DNA of 63,958 bases, filler included, from Trypethelium eluteriae (Eukaryota): NCBI GenBank assembly GCA_051942245.1. It is 3 parts of 3 records of this genome, joined end to end, with 100 filler letters (N's around TTAATTAATTAA, not from the genome) between each part and the next. Parts side by side here need not be neighbours in the genome. Positions count along the whole stretch, not along the records: positions 1 to 22,596 come from JAVECL010000440.1; positions 22,697 to 45,291 come from JAVECL010000441.1; 1 more part is not named here. One strand, written 5' to 3'. Position 1 is the stretch's first letter. The number at the start of each line of letters is the position of its first letter. Under the pieces are notes generated by a model. That model did no database searches and was not told the DNA's origin. It saw only the letters and a list, made by a program, of their open reading frames with translations. Shown in pieces: positions 13,355-25,101 of the stretch. A program made the position numbers and the translations under genes.

Positions 13355-14764
13355 CGTGGAACTCCTTATGGACTGGGAAAGCAGCTAAAGTATTCGCGGC
13401 AGCTCAACGCTTGAGATCTAAAGACTGCCTTGTGGAGAGGAACAGCCCGCATGGTGAGGACGAATTTATACTTGTTGTGGACATCCCCGACAACGCCACA
13501 ATAACTTGGTCAGTTTCAAGATAGGCCCCTACATAAGCCATGAACAGTCGTGTAGGGTACACTCCTGCGGGGATGAAGCTGATTTGAAATCTGCAGAATG
13601 CCTCGATGGCAGCTTGTACTAACTAGTTGTTTAACACTACCGAATTTGTCGTTGGGACTGTTGATTGCAGACTCTGGCTCCCAGACGGTCATGAGCTACA
13701 TAGTCGAAGAGTACAGCTAAGGAAGTTGAGGTGCAAATGGCTGATGTGGCACAAGAGAACTCCAATCTATTGGACAGCTCTAGCTGTAGTAGTGTGCAAT
13801 GGTCTGAACTAGGTACAGAGACGGGAGCAGAGCCACTGCTACAGGCTTCACGTGAGCCGATCCGTGTATTTTATTTTTCGTTCCGTCTGTTTTCCCACAG
13901 GTACGCAGAGGCTCTCTTGACTCAGTACAAGGAAACTATAATGAACCATACCTGGTTGGATCCGGAAAATATCGTGGCTTACCAGCTGGGTTCTCTGTGC
14001 CTTCCCGTACATCAACGGTGATCCGCGTAAACAGCATTGAACCCTTGTGTGTAATTAAAGTGGTTCTCTAGCTTATTCTCCGTAGAGATAAGGAAGTAGT
14101 CCGTAGAAGATGTAGGAGGAAAAGGTCGACATGATTCTGCACCTAGGTATCATTTTTCGCTACCCAAAAGTAGACCCCAGTAGCGCGACTAACTAACATG
14201 GGGCTAAGCTCCAACGGGTGCTTTATCGCAGGGAGGGATATTTTCCCCGATGGTATGCATGCACTGGAAATTTAGATCTCAATCCGGCAGTCGATGTCCA
14301 ACTCGTCCAATTGCATGCAAGGCTTTGGACCAGATGGGAGATCTGAAGGAGCGGGCTTGCGAATACTGCGTACGATGCCCGCAGCTCGGATTTTTCTCAA
14401 CAAACCCTCACGGATCGAATGCAAGCCCTCCTCCAGAGTCGTGCACGAATCTGGATATTCGCAGATGATGCCCTCTCCTCTATCACCACGTCTGGTATGT
14501 GCTATGCCTTCTCAATTGATACACAGCTAATCCCTACGCCTGTCTTATTGTCCGCATTTCGCTTATCCTTCATCATCACGAAGCTGACGTGGTTTACCAA
14601 GTAGCTCCCGAGGAATGCCATCCCAAATGGTCGATAACACGTTCAGAATACCATGAAGCCGAGACACTCGGGAAGACTTGCACAGGGGTGGCATGCCGTT
14701 AGGGAAGACTCGGTACACCTATCAACATGGATGAACACACCCGACATGACATGAAGACCGATGA

Positions 14765-14772
14765 GTATAAAA
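14765..14772 (+). promoter_or_regulatory. Candidate TATA box of hydrolase 1
   Basis: GTATAAAA about 90 nt upstream of the ATG at 14857. Confidence 0.4.
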
Positions 14773-14856
14773 CAGGCGTTCACTCAACGTCACAAGATGT
14801 ACTGGAATCGATACGCTCGGACAGCGATTGAGGCTGGAAGAGTCCTTCGACACATC

Positions 14857-15729
14857 ATGCTCAATTTTCTATGTCTTCACGCGGCCTTTGGCAATCCCAA
14901 GGTAAGCGAATACATGCAATAGCAAGAGCAGATCGCTGAGAAATACAGGTGTTTGAGGATAAAATAGGTGAAGAGAGATTATAACATGGGAAGTTTGCCA
15001 AAATTGCTAAAGCTGTGGCACAGGGCCATTTTTCAGCGAGCTCGAGGAGCAAGGAAAAGTGAAGCTCCACTATCCTTGCGGACCTTACGAGATGTCGCTC
15101 GAGTGCGTGAATCGGATCAAGGGTCGTGATACCAGCATGTGGATTTTCCCAGATCCTCCCAATTACTGCTGGACGAATGACGCAAATGTTGACGTGCATA
15201 ATTTTGGAGTTGCGCAACCTGGGCTGCGCGTCACAGCTGCGGCGGTAGATGATGCTATCGAATACATCACAGAGCATATCATCCCGACCATGGGGCCATT
15301 TGACGGGGTTGTTGCATATTCAGAGTCAGGCATGGTCGCGACCAGGCTTGCTCAAAAGCACAAGTCCATCAAATGCGCCGTCATCTTCTGTGGCGTCGCT
15401 TCGACAGACAAATCCATGACCGAGTCAGACTTTGCGCCTAAGAACGATGCCGAGCGCATTCCTATTCATTCACTCCACATCTATGGCCTGAAGGACATGT
15501 TTAAGGAGTCGGCTGTGATCATGCACTCCTACTACGCTCAAGACAAAGCTCGTATGTTACAGCACTCGAAAGGTCATGTAAGAGCCCAAAGTCCCCTTTC
15601 CTGAGCGTGTCATAGAATTAACAGACCGTCGCACAGACTGTCCCGTCGGACCCCAGGAACCAACAGAAGATTCGAAAATGTGTCGCTGATTTTCTGACCG
15701 CTGTTCAATTTGACGTAGATCGAATGTGA
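14857..15729 (+). CDS. FSH1/LovG-type serine hydrolase 1 (candidate PKS releasing enzyme or transacylase), 4 exons
   Basis: MLNFLCLHAAFGNPK|VFEDKI|GPFF..., GPFDGVVAYSES (Ser), HIYGLKD (Asp), HSKGH|TVP (His). Divergent from PKS1. Confidence 0.85.
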
Positions 15730-16102
15730 ATGGACAGAAAAGAAATGTCTGACTAAACTTGGTAGCAGTTGCAATCAATGGGACATCGCACTTTACAACA
15801 CACACAGAAGTTGAAGCTGCTTAAATGTTGAACTTTCACAACCAATGAGAATAAGTGTGTAGTAGTAAGGAGTAAGTTCCCTGTACCAGATATGCAGGTC
15901 ATGCCGAGGGTCGAAATAAGTAGGACCCGTACTCCGTCCAGCAAACCCCCACCTTGTGCGCATTCACGAAGCAAAAATTACCTACCTATTTTACCTACCC
16001 AGCATTACGTGCCCTTGTACGTATTCTCTTCAGCCACAATATCGATTGACGAGATAAGAGTTCAAGTTCCGCTTCGATTGCGTGCGTGTAGTAGAAGTGC
16101 AA

Positions 16103-17061
16103 ATGGCCTCATACCCACCAGCTCAATGCTGCACCGTTGGTAAGTAAGGCCATTCTCAACAAGCAAGGCCATTAGGTATTGACATAGTGATCAAGGTGTG
16201 AAGCATACTGGCGAGAGTGTGGGGGAGATTAAGAGAATCGGCAATAGTACAGCAAATCTGATCCCAGCATCTCGTCGAGTCTAATTACAGACTAGTCCCG
16301 ACATATTTCTCATACCCCAAAGATAAAGGCGATAATGCACACGCCGTCCTCATTCTAACCGACGTGATCGGATATGAAGCCATCAATGCACAGCTGTACG
16401 GTCCAGCTAGTCCTCCAATTGAAAGCAACGTTCATTGACAGTTTACAGCATTGCGGACCAGTTCGCGGCCAATGGATACTTTTGCGTCATGCCTGACCTA
16501 TTTGACGGCGATCCTGTCCCACTCAACCGCCCCGAGAACTTTGACATAGGGACTTGGCGGCAAGGTCATGGCAATGAGCGGGTAGACCCCATCGTGGAAG
16601 CGACCATCAAGGAGATGCGGTCCAATCTAGGCGTTAAGCAAATTGGAGCTGTGGGCTATTGCTTTGGGGCGAAGTATGTCTTTAGATTTCTGAAAGACGG
16701 CTTGATAGACGCAGGCTTTGTGGCCCATCCAAGCTTCGTGGATGCCGAAGAGGTCAAGTCCATCACTCGGCCAATCAGCATTGCGGCTGCCGGTGAGTGC
16801 CAGTCGTGCATGCTCAATGACATTGACTAGCAGTTGACTGACCCATCAATAGAGACAGATCAGATCTTCCCCGCTCCAAAGCGAAGGGAGACAGAGGACA
16901 TGCTCAAAGACATGTCAGTGCCATACCAGTTATCCCTGTATTCTGGGACATCGCATGGCTTTGCTGTCCGTGCAGATCTCAGCCAGCCGCAGATCAAATG
17001 GGCAAAAGAGCAGGCTTTCTATCAGGCCGTGCAGTGGTTTGATGAATACGTCAAATCGTAA
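16103..17061 (+). CDS. Dienelactone hydrolase family protein, multi-exon
   Basis: MASYPPAQCC N-terminus, LTDVIG, VMPDLFDGDP, GAVGYCFGA (Cys nucleophile), AHPSFV, SHGFAVR (His). Confidence 0.9.
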
Positions 17062-19042
17062 GTGACAGTTTAAGTCAGATTATGGGAAATCATGCAGTGT
17101 TGAGTATCTCTGCAACTCTGTTCTAAAATTCTTCTCGGCATTTGGTGACTTTCCAACCATCAGATATCGGCAGCTTACCTCCAATGAGAAATTGTGATAT
17201 GTCAGATGCTGTAGAAGATGGCGCTCCTGATTCTATTCTTCCGTCCAAAGCCACCGTGCAAATGATCTTGCAGCACGACGCGTATGCTCCAGGATAGCCA
17301 CGATTGTAGCAAGTGTCTCCGTCCGATACATTGTGGAAGAGAGCCGTATTTTCAACGAATTACACTCTACGGATCGTTGCGCACCCCGCAATATGTAGAC
17401 GACCGAGTCAGGGGATGCTGAGCTTGGATGCTCGGGTGCTTAGGTCGTTTAGAGTAAGGCAAAGCTGAATCTTGAAACGTCCCTGTGCATCATCAGCTGC
17501 TCCGTCCCGCTTCTTTGATTTCCCCGGCTTACATATCCATTCTGCGAGTCAACGGTGCAACGTGCACACCCATGTGCCGGCCTTGCAGCTTACTTCCGGG
17601 TCGACTTGTCGTCCCCGCGAATACTTTACACTCGATTGCCAGAGAATCAAGGCAACGTCAGTATCGCCAAGAAGTCTAGTATCGCGCCAGTCCCCCGTAT
17701 ATTCTGAATGTTTTGCATGTAACCAACTCCCCAGAATTTGGAGCAATCCTTCCAGCCGAAACGGGGTTGCCGGCGATACGTCGCCCTGAGGAGACGCCCA
17801 GAATCTGGCCTTCAGCTTCGGGCGAGAGCTGAGAAGTAGGGCAACACCATACTCTACCGTGTGGAAATTATGGAATGATTTGTTTTTGTTTTTGGTCGGC
17901 CGAAACCCTCAAATCAGTACCAATATTGTTCAATCAATGCTAATAGTCGATGAACTTCTCGCTCTCACATCTGGTGTTTGAGAGAGAGAATGATGCTTGT
18001 CAGCGTACCTATTTAGTTTCACGTCGATCTAAGAATACATTAACTTGCTATGCTTAAATCCAGCCGCCAACATTGATGGCGCAACCCCCCTCATGACTCC
18101 AGGCTGAGACATGTAGCCCGCCCTAAAGACGCGTACTCGTATTACCATATAACCAACTGCCAAATTAGCGGATCCGGGCAAAGCGCCTTCTGCCGTTCTC
18201 ACGTAGCGAACCTCTGTATATACCTTGGCTACTGCCTTCCTTGCAGTAGTCACTGATACCTACTCGGTAACGCGATCATCATGGCCCCTATTCAGCTAAC
18301 ATTCGAAGCCGGCAGACGAGTTGTCCTGAATGACTACTTGTACTTCAGAGATGACTCTCCGGTCTTTGAATTCACCAGAGCGCATCCTACAAGTCTCATT
18401 TTCCTCTTCCTACTTCTCGCATTAATCAGTCGTCGACGACTGATCTATAGGGGACAAATTGACCTTCGTATACCCCAAGTCTGAACCCCGCGCAGTGCCC
18501 TCTGGTAGATCTCTCAAAGACGTTGAAGAGACATCTTCCGCTGGACTAGATTTCGATCAGACCGTAAAGTCGCCGGCGCAAAGGCAGTCTCTCGTCAAGA
18601 CAAACGGGAAGGAATCGTAGATTGACAACGTTGCCAATCATTCCGGCATCCATCTTTGAATTTCCATCATTTCTGGCCCTTAGGTTCAGCGACTTCTGAA
18701 GTACCGATGATCCCGAATGCTAACTACAGCACGCAACCCACGAGTAAGTAACTGGGCTTTCCTTCATATTTTAGGTATGAAACTTACAAAAACTCAGTCT
18801 CTGCCTTCTTCGTTCTCAGCGCGGCGCGCAGCGGGGTTATCTCGACTCTCGAACTCATCTACAGAAGTGATCCAGGAAGAGTCACATGACCCATGATATC
18901 GTTGACACACTGTGGTCTCTAGTCTCCAATTGTGTGATGGAGTCCTATTCAGACGCCTCTTCTCCGTAGCACACGTCCAATGCTACTCAAGTTGACGTGG
19001 CCTTCTTGGTATCAGATGGAGATTACAGCCTCGAAATCCAGA

Positions 19043-21436
19043 TCAAAATAGGCCAGGCCATTGCGGTGCCTGCTCGGTGGTCGTGTTCCTCCTCGGCAGT
19101 CTGGCTCCCTTGGCTCTCAGGACACGGCAAATTTCCTTGAACCCTCCCGCCTCTGCGATCTGCAGCGGCGTCTTCCCGTCTTCGCGTGGTGCGTTGAAGT
19201 CGGCATCATGATCTAGCAGTTCCTTTGCGATCTCGAGGTGTCCTGTTTTCGATGCGACAAAGAGAGGCGTTTCGTCGTCCGAATTCTTGGCTTCTAGTGG
19301 CGCACCAGTGAGAATGAGGAGAGTTGCCACATCATTTGAACCCGCGAACGCAGCTTCGTGGAGTGGAGTGGATTTGCTCTTGGACCGGGCGTCCTTTTTC
19401 GCGCCTTTCATTATGAGATACTCCGCAATCTCCTTGCCATTGTGTATTGCGGCTTCATGAAGCGCAGTCCTGTTGCTCGCTGAGGCTATTCTTGAGTCCA
19501 CGTCGGCGCCTCGCTCGATGAGATCTCGAAGTAGGTCGAGATTGTTCTCAGCAGCTGCCCTGAGGATCTCGTGAGGTTCTGGCTTCTCACCCTTTGGCGA
19601 AGTCATGTGGAGACGATCGAGCAATTTGAGTGAATAGCGTTTGATGGAGCTTTGCGACGAGCTTGAACCATTATAAGTCGGGCTGGGGCTATCACTCTTC
19701 AAAGTATTCCCTGCCAAGGTAGAAGATCGATGATCATCGTGACTGTCAGAGTCACGTTCCTGGAATTCACTACATAGATGTAGTAGCCCAGAGAGACTCC
19801 TAGATCTTCTTTCTCGGATCTCGCCCGGACTAGTATCTGCGTCAGGTCCTTCGGTTACTACTTGCTTCTCTGTCTGACTAGTGAAGTTCCCGGTCCCTTG
19901 CTCGGGCAACAAGGATTCCCTCAACTCCATGGCATTCATCCCTACAGTCTGCTTCTCATCTGAACCCCTTGGCAACTCGGCCTCCGGTGGGCACGGCGCG
20001 TCCGCAGGTGCGAGATTTGGTGACATCTTTGGGGGATATTCTAATTGTGACTGGCTGGCAACTTCAAAGTTCATCGGCACCTGTGGAGGCCCAACATCAG
20101 GGAGCGGTGAAGGTGCCAGAGGTGTCCGTTGGCCTGCATGGTGATTGAGGACAGACATCGCAGGAGTTCTGGGATGAGTTACATCCTGCTGAACTTCCAG
20201 TGATGGAGAACGTGCTGTAATCATTCGCCTTTGTTCGAGGTTAAACTCTCGTGGAGGCGGAAGTAAAAAGCTCTGGGGACCACCCCGTGATGTACGTCCT
20301 TCCAAGGGCGGGCTGGGTCCTGGAGATGGACGCCTAACCTCTTCTCCAAAGTTGCTACGCTGGTCGCTGAATGAACTTGCTTCGGAGTCTGAATGCCGCT
20401 CCAGCGCCTGTAAGATTTTCGTTTTCAAGATCGGATAAAGACTCGCTTCGGTACGGCGGAGCTTAGCAATCTTTGAATGATCCGCATCACATGGCACGCG
20501 AATCTCGTTCGCAGAATGAAGCATCGCCGAGTTCTGAGAAACCATCATCGTTGGCGGCCCTTCTCGCCTCCAATTGCCTTCGCTATCACTGATCAGGGTG
20601 TTGGTCTTTTGTAGCTCGTAGCACGAGAGAATATTAAGCGCGTGCGCTATCCTCGCGAAATTTTCATTGAGGTCAGTCAACGTAGAGGAAGATTCACCGA
20701 GTTCGTCTACGATATCTTTGGAAGGGTTTTCGACCGCGAGGATCGTTTGGAGTGATACAACGGACAGTCCTCTGTGTGGTGCCGCAAGAAATACTATCAG
20801 TGGGAAATTCGATATATGGCCGGCATTTGGCGATCCGATTATCTCAACGAGAGCCTTCTTGATAAGCAAACACCCAAGACTGTGGCCGACGAAAATGATG
20901 GGCCGATGTTGAACTCGGGCAGACGGAGAGAGTGTTAGGAGGCGTTGTTTGAACATGCGTACGTGATCTCCCAGGAGCGACCTCGAATGCGCCGCCCGCA
21001 ATTGTGAGTTGTAACCATAGATAAGAACTCGAATATTCTTTAGGTCTTTGGGCAGAAAATCTCGGAGCCACATTTGGTGCGGCGAGCAGGCCCATGATCC
21101 AAATGCATGGCCGGCTAACCCAGTCACGGCAATGACATCTGCAAGGATTGGTTCCTCCGGGCTATTCAGAGGCGTCAGACCGTAGAAATTATCGTCGATG
21201 TCGATATCTGATTCATCGCGGTCAAGGAGTTCGGGCTGACGGGGACTCTCTCCTTCCTCGACGTTGAAAGAAATAGTTGCTGTTAACGTATCACTCAATG
21301 GGTCCACAGAGGGACATAATGATCGCACTTTGATGCCCGGGCGGTCCTTGTGAACAAAATACTTCAAAAGCTGCTCTTCAGATGTGTTGCCCGGAACGTT
21401 TTGCAGACGATAGGTGAAGGGCCGAGGTAGCCCCAT
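19043..21436 (-). CDS. SesB-like alpha/beta hydrolase + low-complexity linker + C-terminal ankyrin repeats (NLR-related, no NACHT)
   Basis: Intronless 797-aa ORF. Hydrolase motifs VTGLAGHAFGSW, MWLRDFLP, YGYNS, FVGHSLG, APHRG, ADHSKIAK. About 5 ankyrin repeats (TALHEAA, TPLHEAA, TPLFVAS, TPLQIA). Confidence 0.85.
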   Translation of the reverse strand: MGLPRPFTYRLQNVPGNTSEEQLLKYFVHKDRPGIKVRSLCPSVDPLSDTLTATISFNVEEGESPRQPELLDRDESDIDIDDNFYGLTPLNSPEEPILADVIAVTGLAGHAFGSWACSPHQMWLRDFLPKDLKNIRVLIYGYNSQLRAAHSRSLLGDHVRMFKQRLLTLSPSARVQHRPIIFVGHSLGCLLIKKALVEIIGSPNAGHISNFPLIVFLAAPHRGLSVVSLQTILAVENPSKDIVDELGESSSTLTDLNENFARIAHALNILSCYELQKTNTLISDSEGNWRREGPPTMMVSQNSAMLHSANEIRVPCDADHSKIAKLRRTEASLYPILKTKILQALERHSDSEASSFSDQRSNFGEEVRRPSPGPSPPLEGRTSRGGPQSFLLPPPREFNLEQRRMITARSPSLEVQQDVTHPRTPAMSVLNHHAGQRTPLAPSPLPDVGPPQVPMNFEVASQSQLEYPPKMSPNLAPADAPCPPEAELPRGSDEKQTVGMNAMELRESLLPEQGTGNFTSQTEKQVVTEGPDADTSPGEIRERRSRSLSGLLHLCSEFQERDSDSHDDHRSSTLAGNTLKSDSPSPTYNGSSSSQSSIKRYSLKLLDRLHMTSPKGEKPEPHEILRAAAENNLDLLRDLIERGADVDSRIASASNRTALHEAAIHNGKEIAEYLIMKGAKKDARSKSKSTPLHEAAFAGSNDVATLLILTGAPLEAKNSDDETPLFVASKTGHLEIAKELLDHDADFNAPREDGKTPLQIAEAGGFKEICRVLRAKGARLPRRNTTTEQAPQWPGLF

Positions 21437-22596
21437 TTGTTACCAATATAGAATTCAATTAAGGTGTAAGGATCAACGGATGAGAGATGGAATTACGAGA
21501 GAGAGGGGAGCGTGAGCGATCTAAATTATTCCGTTGCTCCTCCAGCCTACCGTACATACCTACCTACCTTTGTCCAAGTCATGCAAGTTCGTAGCTCAGC
21601 CTTCGCTGCGGTTCAACTAGTTAAGTGACAGGTGACGTAAATACGCCACAAACAACTGCGGGATTGCTCAGAAGGCAGAGGCGCTTGAACTGAATTGAGG
21701 CATTCTTCTCAACACCGGAGTTCTCGATCAAACGCAGGCTACATTTAATCGTTGTTCCGGACACTGGAAAGGCTGCAGAGATCATGTAGCGAAACTCTCT
21801 ATTGGCACACGTGTAAAGGACCAAGGGAGGACTCCGCAAGCGTCATAGCACCGCCACTTCTGCGGTGGCTTGCCAAGGCATCTGTGGAAGTTTAGGCAGA
21901 ACTCTGCTCGCAAGGCAGTGGAATGATCAGGCTGAGAAAGGCTCAGTAGGAGGTACAAAGAGAAAATCTCGGTAAGCCACACAAAATTCAAGGTGTTCTT
22001 GAGGCATCCCAGGTTGTATCGTACCTATGCAGCTAAACACTACCATTGAAGAGCTCCCCTACTAGTTCTCAACCGGTATCCACTAAACTCTCTTCCACAG
22101 TCCTGAGAAGTAGGTGTATGCCGCTGAGGAATCTCCTAGACATATAGAGGCCAAAAAGATCGACTACCTCTGGGACGTGATGGGACCAAGTTTTTTTTCC
22201 CTTTCTTTCAAATGGTCGTTGAGCTTTGAACTTCATCCATGTTAAAATGACGCCAGCAAAAACCAGTCAGCCGTGAAACTAGTTTGTACTGGTTTGCTTG
22301 CTCTATTGCGGGTGAACGTGCGTGTGTAGTGGAGAGGGAGACACATTGAAAGGGAGAGAAGGTTCGCAACGCGTTTCCAGAACTGGTAAAGGGCTTGGAA
22401 AGTAGAGCAAGATATTTTCTCGTCAAGCTTACTAACGGAAAAGGGAGATCAACTGGATTTGCTCCGGACGTATGCACGTCAAACATTACGTTATCAACAC
22501 GCTCGGCGGATTGACCGAATCCAGGAACGCTATCATACATGCAGAATGCCACCGTCTATCCAAGCTCTATACAAAGGAAGGCCCACTTCCCCCGCC

Positions 22597-22696
22597 NNNN
22601 NNNNNNNNNNNNNNNNNNNNNNNNNNNNNNNNNNNNNNNNTTAATTAATTAANNNNNNNNNNNNNNNNNNNNNNNNNNNNNNNNNNNNNNNNNNNN
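22597..22696. other. Artificial assembly spacer (N44-TTAATTAATTAA-N44)
   Basis: Exactly 100 bp with a central 12-mer giving stops in all six frames; identical to the spacer at 45292. Confidence 0.97.
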
Positions 22697-23034
22697 GGAG
22701 GTGGAGGTGGAGGTGGGGTCAAATTGCCTCGTGCCGTGCCTGCGCTAGCCAGGTTCTGACAGGCATGCAGAATGGATTAATTTCGTGCTGACAGGATCTG
22801 GTATCCCTGGTCGAAATCCAAGTTTACAATACAATGATGTGTAAATTTTCAATTTCGTTATGCTGCTGATCATCTTCTTCTCCATTAGGCAAGTACCTCG
22901 GCTCGTCGGTCTCCCATGGTTCCTTCAATTGCTCGAGGAGCAGATTTACGTTGGATGGCAAACTTGGAATTTGACCGGAGGACCAGGCGTTCGAGGAAGC
23001 ACCAAGAGCACAGATCTTTCATTTCATTCCCCTC

Positions 23035-25101
23035 ATGATAACCACGGCGGCAGCAGCAACAGCAGCTTTGGTCGGCACCAGTGCACTGGCTGCTTACGCC
23101 GATGCCAAATTTCATGTTTCTCAAGATGTCGGACAACTACAACAAAGGAGACGAGCAGAGAAGTGGTATATAGAAAATGGTATGTATCATAGTTTGAATG
23201 TTTTTAGTAGACTGCCCTTTGGGTAGTGCAGGGTTACCAGCTCTGGACCGCCAATCCGTCCGTAGAATAGACCTTGTCTAACCCATATCCAGCGTCGAAA
23301 AACCGACTCTCTTTGTGGTATCCATTTTGCAATAATGTCACCAAATTTCCCAATGATCCTTGCATCTGGTCTCGTGAAGGAGAACTCACGTGGCAAGAAG
23401 TTCATGACCGAGCCGCTCGTTATGCCCAATACTTCATCGCCAAGGGTGTGAAGCCAGGAGAGTTGGTGGCATTTTATCTCCAAAACTCGGCGGACTTTGT
23501 TGTAATATGGCTTGCGCTATTCTGTATTGGTTGCGCGCCTGCCATGATCAACTTCAACTTAAAAGGGAACTCACTGATTCACTGCCTCCGACTAAGCAGG
23601 TCCAAGACTTTGCTTGTGGACGAAGATGAAGCTTGCCAGGAAAGAGTTAAGGAGTGCAGAACAGTGATTGAGGGTGAATTAGGGATGAACATTACCGTAT
23701 TAGGTGCAGAGATCAAGGCCAAAGCCACAGCAATGCCAGTAACCGTGCCAGATGATAGCTGGCGCGAATCTGTGAACGGCGCTTCACCATCTGCGCTCCT
23801 GTACACGAGGTATGTAAGATCTTTCATGTCAGCGTGTTCCAGTGGCTTACAAGAAGCACAGTGGGACCACCGGTCTCCCGAAAGCCGCAATCATGCCAGT
23901 CCAGCGAATTTGGGCTCTTGGAAACCAGAAGAAGCCTTCATTCGGACAGGTTCCAGGACCTGGAGGTGATCGATGGTACTCTTGTATGCCAATGTTTCAC
24001 GGGACCGGGGGGCTCACCATGGTCGCAAATCTGATGGGCGGCCTGTCTCTGGCCATCGGAAAGCGGTTTTCTGTGTCTACGTTCTGGGATGACATTCACG
24101 ACTCCGAATGCACCATATTTGTGTATGTTGGCGAGGCGGCACGATACTTGCTCAATGCACCGCATCACCCACGCGAGCGAGATCATCCGAGATTGAGAAT
24201 CATGTATGGGAACGGCCTCCGGCCAGACGTATGGGAGAGATTTCGAGACCGGTTTGATGTTCCAGAGATTGCAGAGTTCTTCAATTCTACTGAGGGCCTA
24301 TTCCAGCTTCTCAATTACAATCGAGGAGACTTTACAGCTGGTGCGGTTGGCCATCAGGGTGCTCTGATGCGAAGATTGGTCCAAAACGTGTTCATTCCAG
24401 TGCAAGTTGATGCAGAGACTGGGGACGTCTATCGCGATTCAACGACCGGCCTTGCAAAGAGGATGAGTTACGAAGATGGAGGTGAGATACTTGTGGCGAT
24501 CCCCAGTGAGCGCGCTTTCGGGGGTTACTTCAATGACGATAAGGCCACATCGAAGAAGATACTACATGATGTCTTTCGAAAAGGTGATATCTTCTATCGT
24601 ACTGGCGATGCCCTTCGCCGCGACGGAGATGGTCGTTGGTACTTCATAGACCGGTTGGGTGATACGTTTCGATGGAAGTCGGAGAATGTCTCTACGGCTG
24701 AAGTTGCGGAGACTCTTGGGCGTTATTCAGGAGTAGCGGAAGCAAACGTTTACGGAGTTACGGTACCAAAGCATGATGGTCGAGCCGGATGTGTTGCACT
24801 ATCCCTTTCTGTGAGAAGAGAAGATTTCGATTTCGATGGCTTTTTTGGGCACGCGAGGGCGAATTTGCCTAGATATGCCGTGCCAGTCTTCCTGAGGCTG
24901 GTAGCGAAGGAATCTAGTACGGATAACAACAAGCAAAATAAGGTTCCATTGCGGGAAGAAGGAATTGATCTGGATATCTTGGGGTCGAAAGTCATCGGAG
25001 GTGAATATGATGTTTTGCTTTGGCATCCGGGCGGCTATGGCTATGTCAAGTTCGAGAAGTCAGATCTTGAGAAATTGAGATCAGGTGAACTCACCATATA
25101 G
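23035..25101 (+). CDS. FATP/FAT1-type (very-)long-chain acyl-CoA synthetase
   Basis: AYADAKFH N-terminus, LLYTS|GTTGLPKA (AMP-binding motif across an intron), YVGEAARYL, GNGLRPDVW, EFFNSTEG, YRTGD, DRLGDTFRWKSENVST. Confidence 0.92.

Noticed and set aside
14079..14111. Short direct repeat TCCGTAGA in the PKS1 promoter
   Set aside because: Only two 8-bp copies, not noticed in the other cluster promoters.
21600..22596. Short ORFs next to the first gap
   Set aside because: No recognisable family or coherent splice model.
22641..22652. TTAATTAATTAA palindrome as a biological element (e.g. TTAA transposon target)
   Set aside because: It is centred in identical N44 blocks at two places, so it is an assembly linker.
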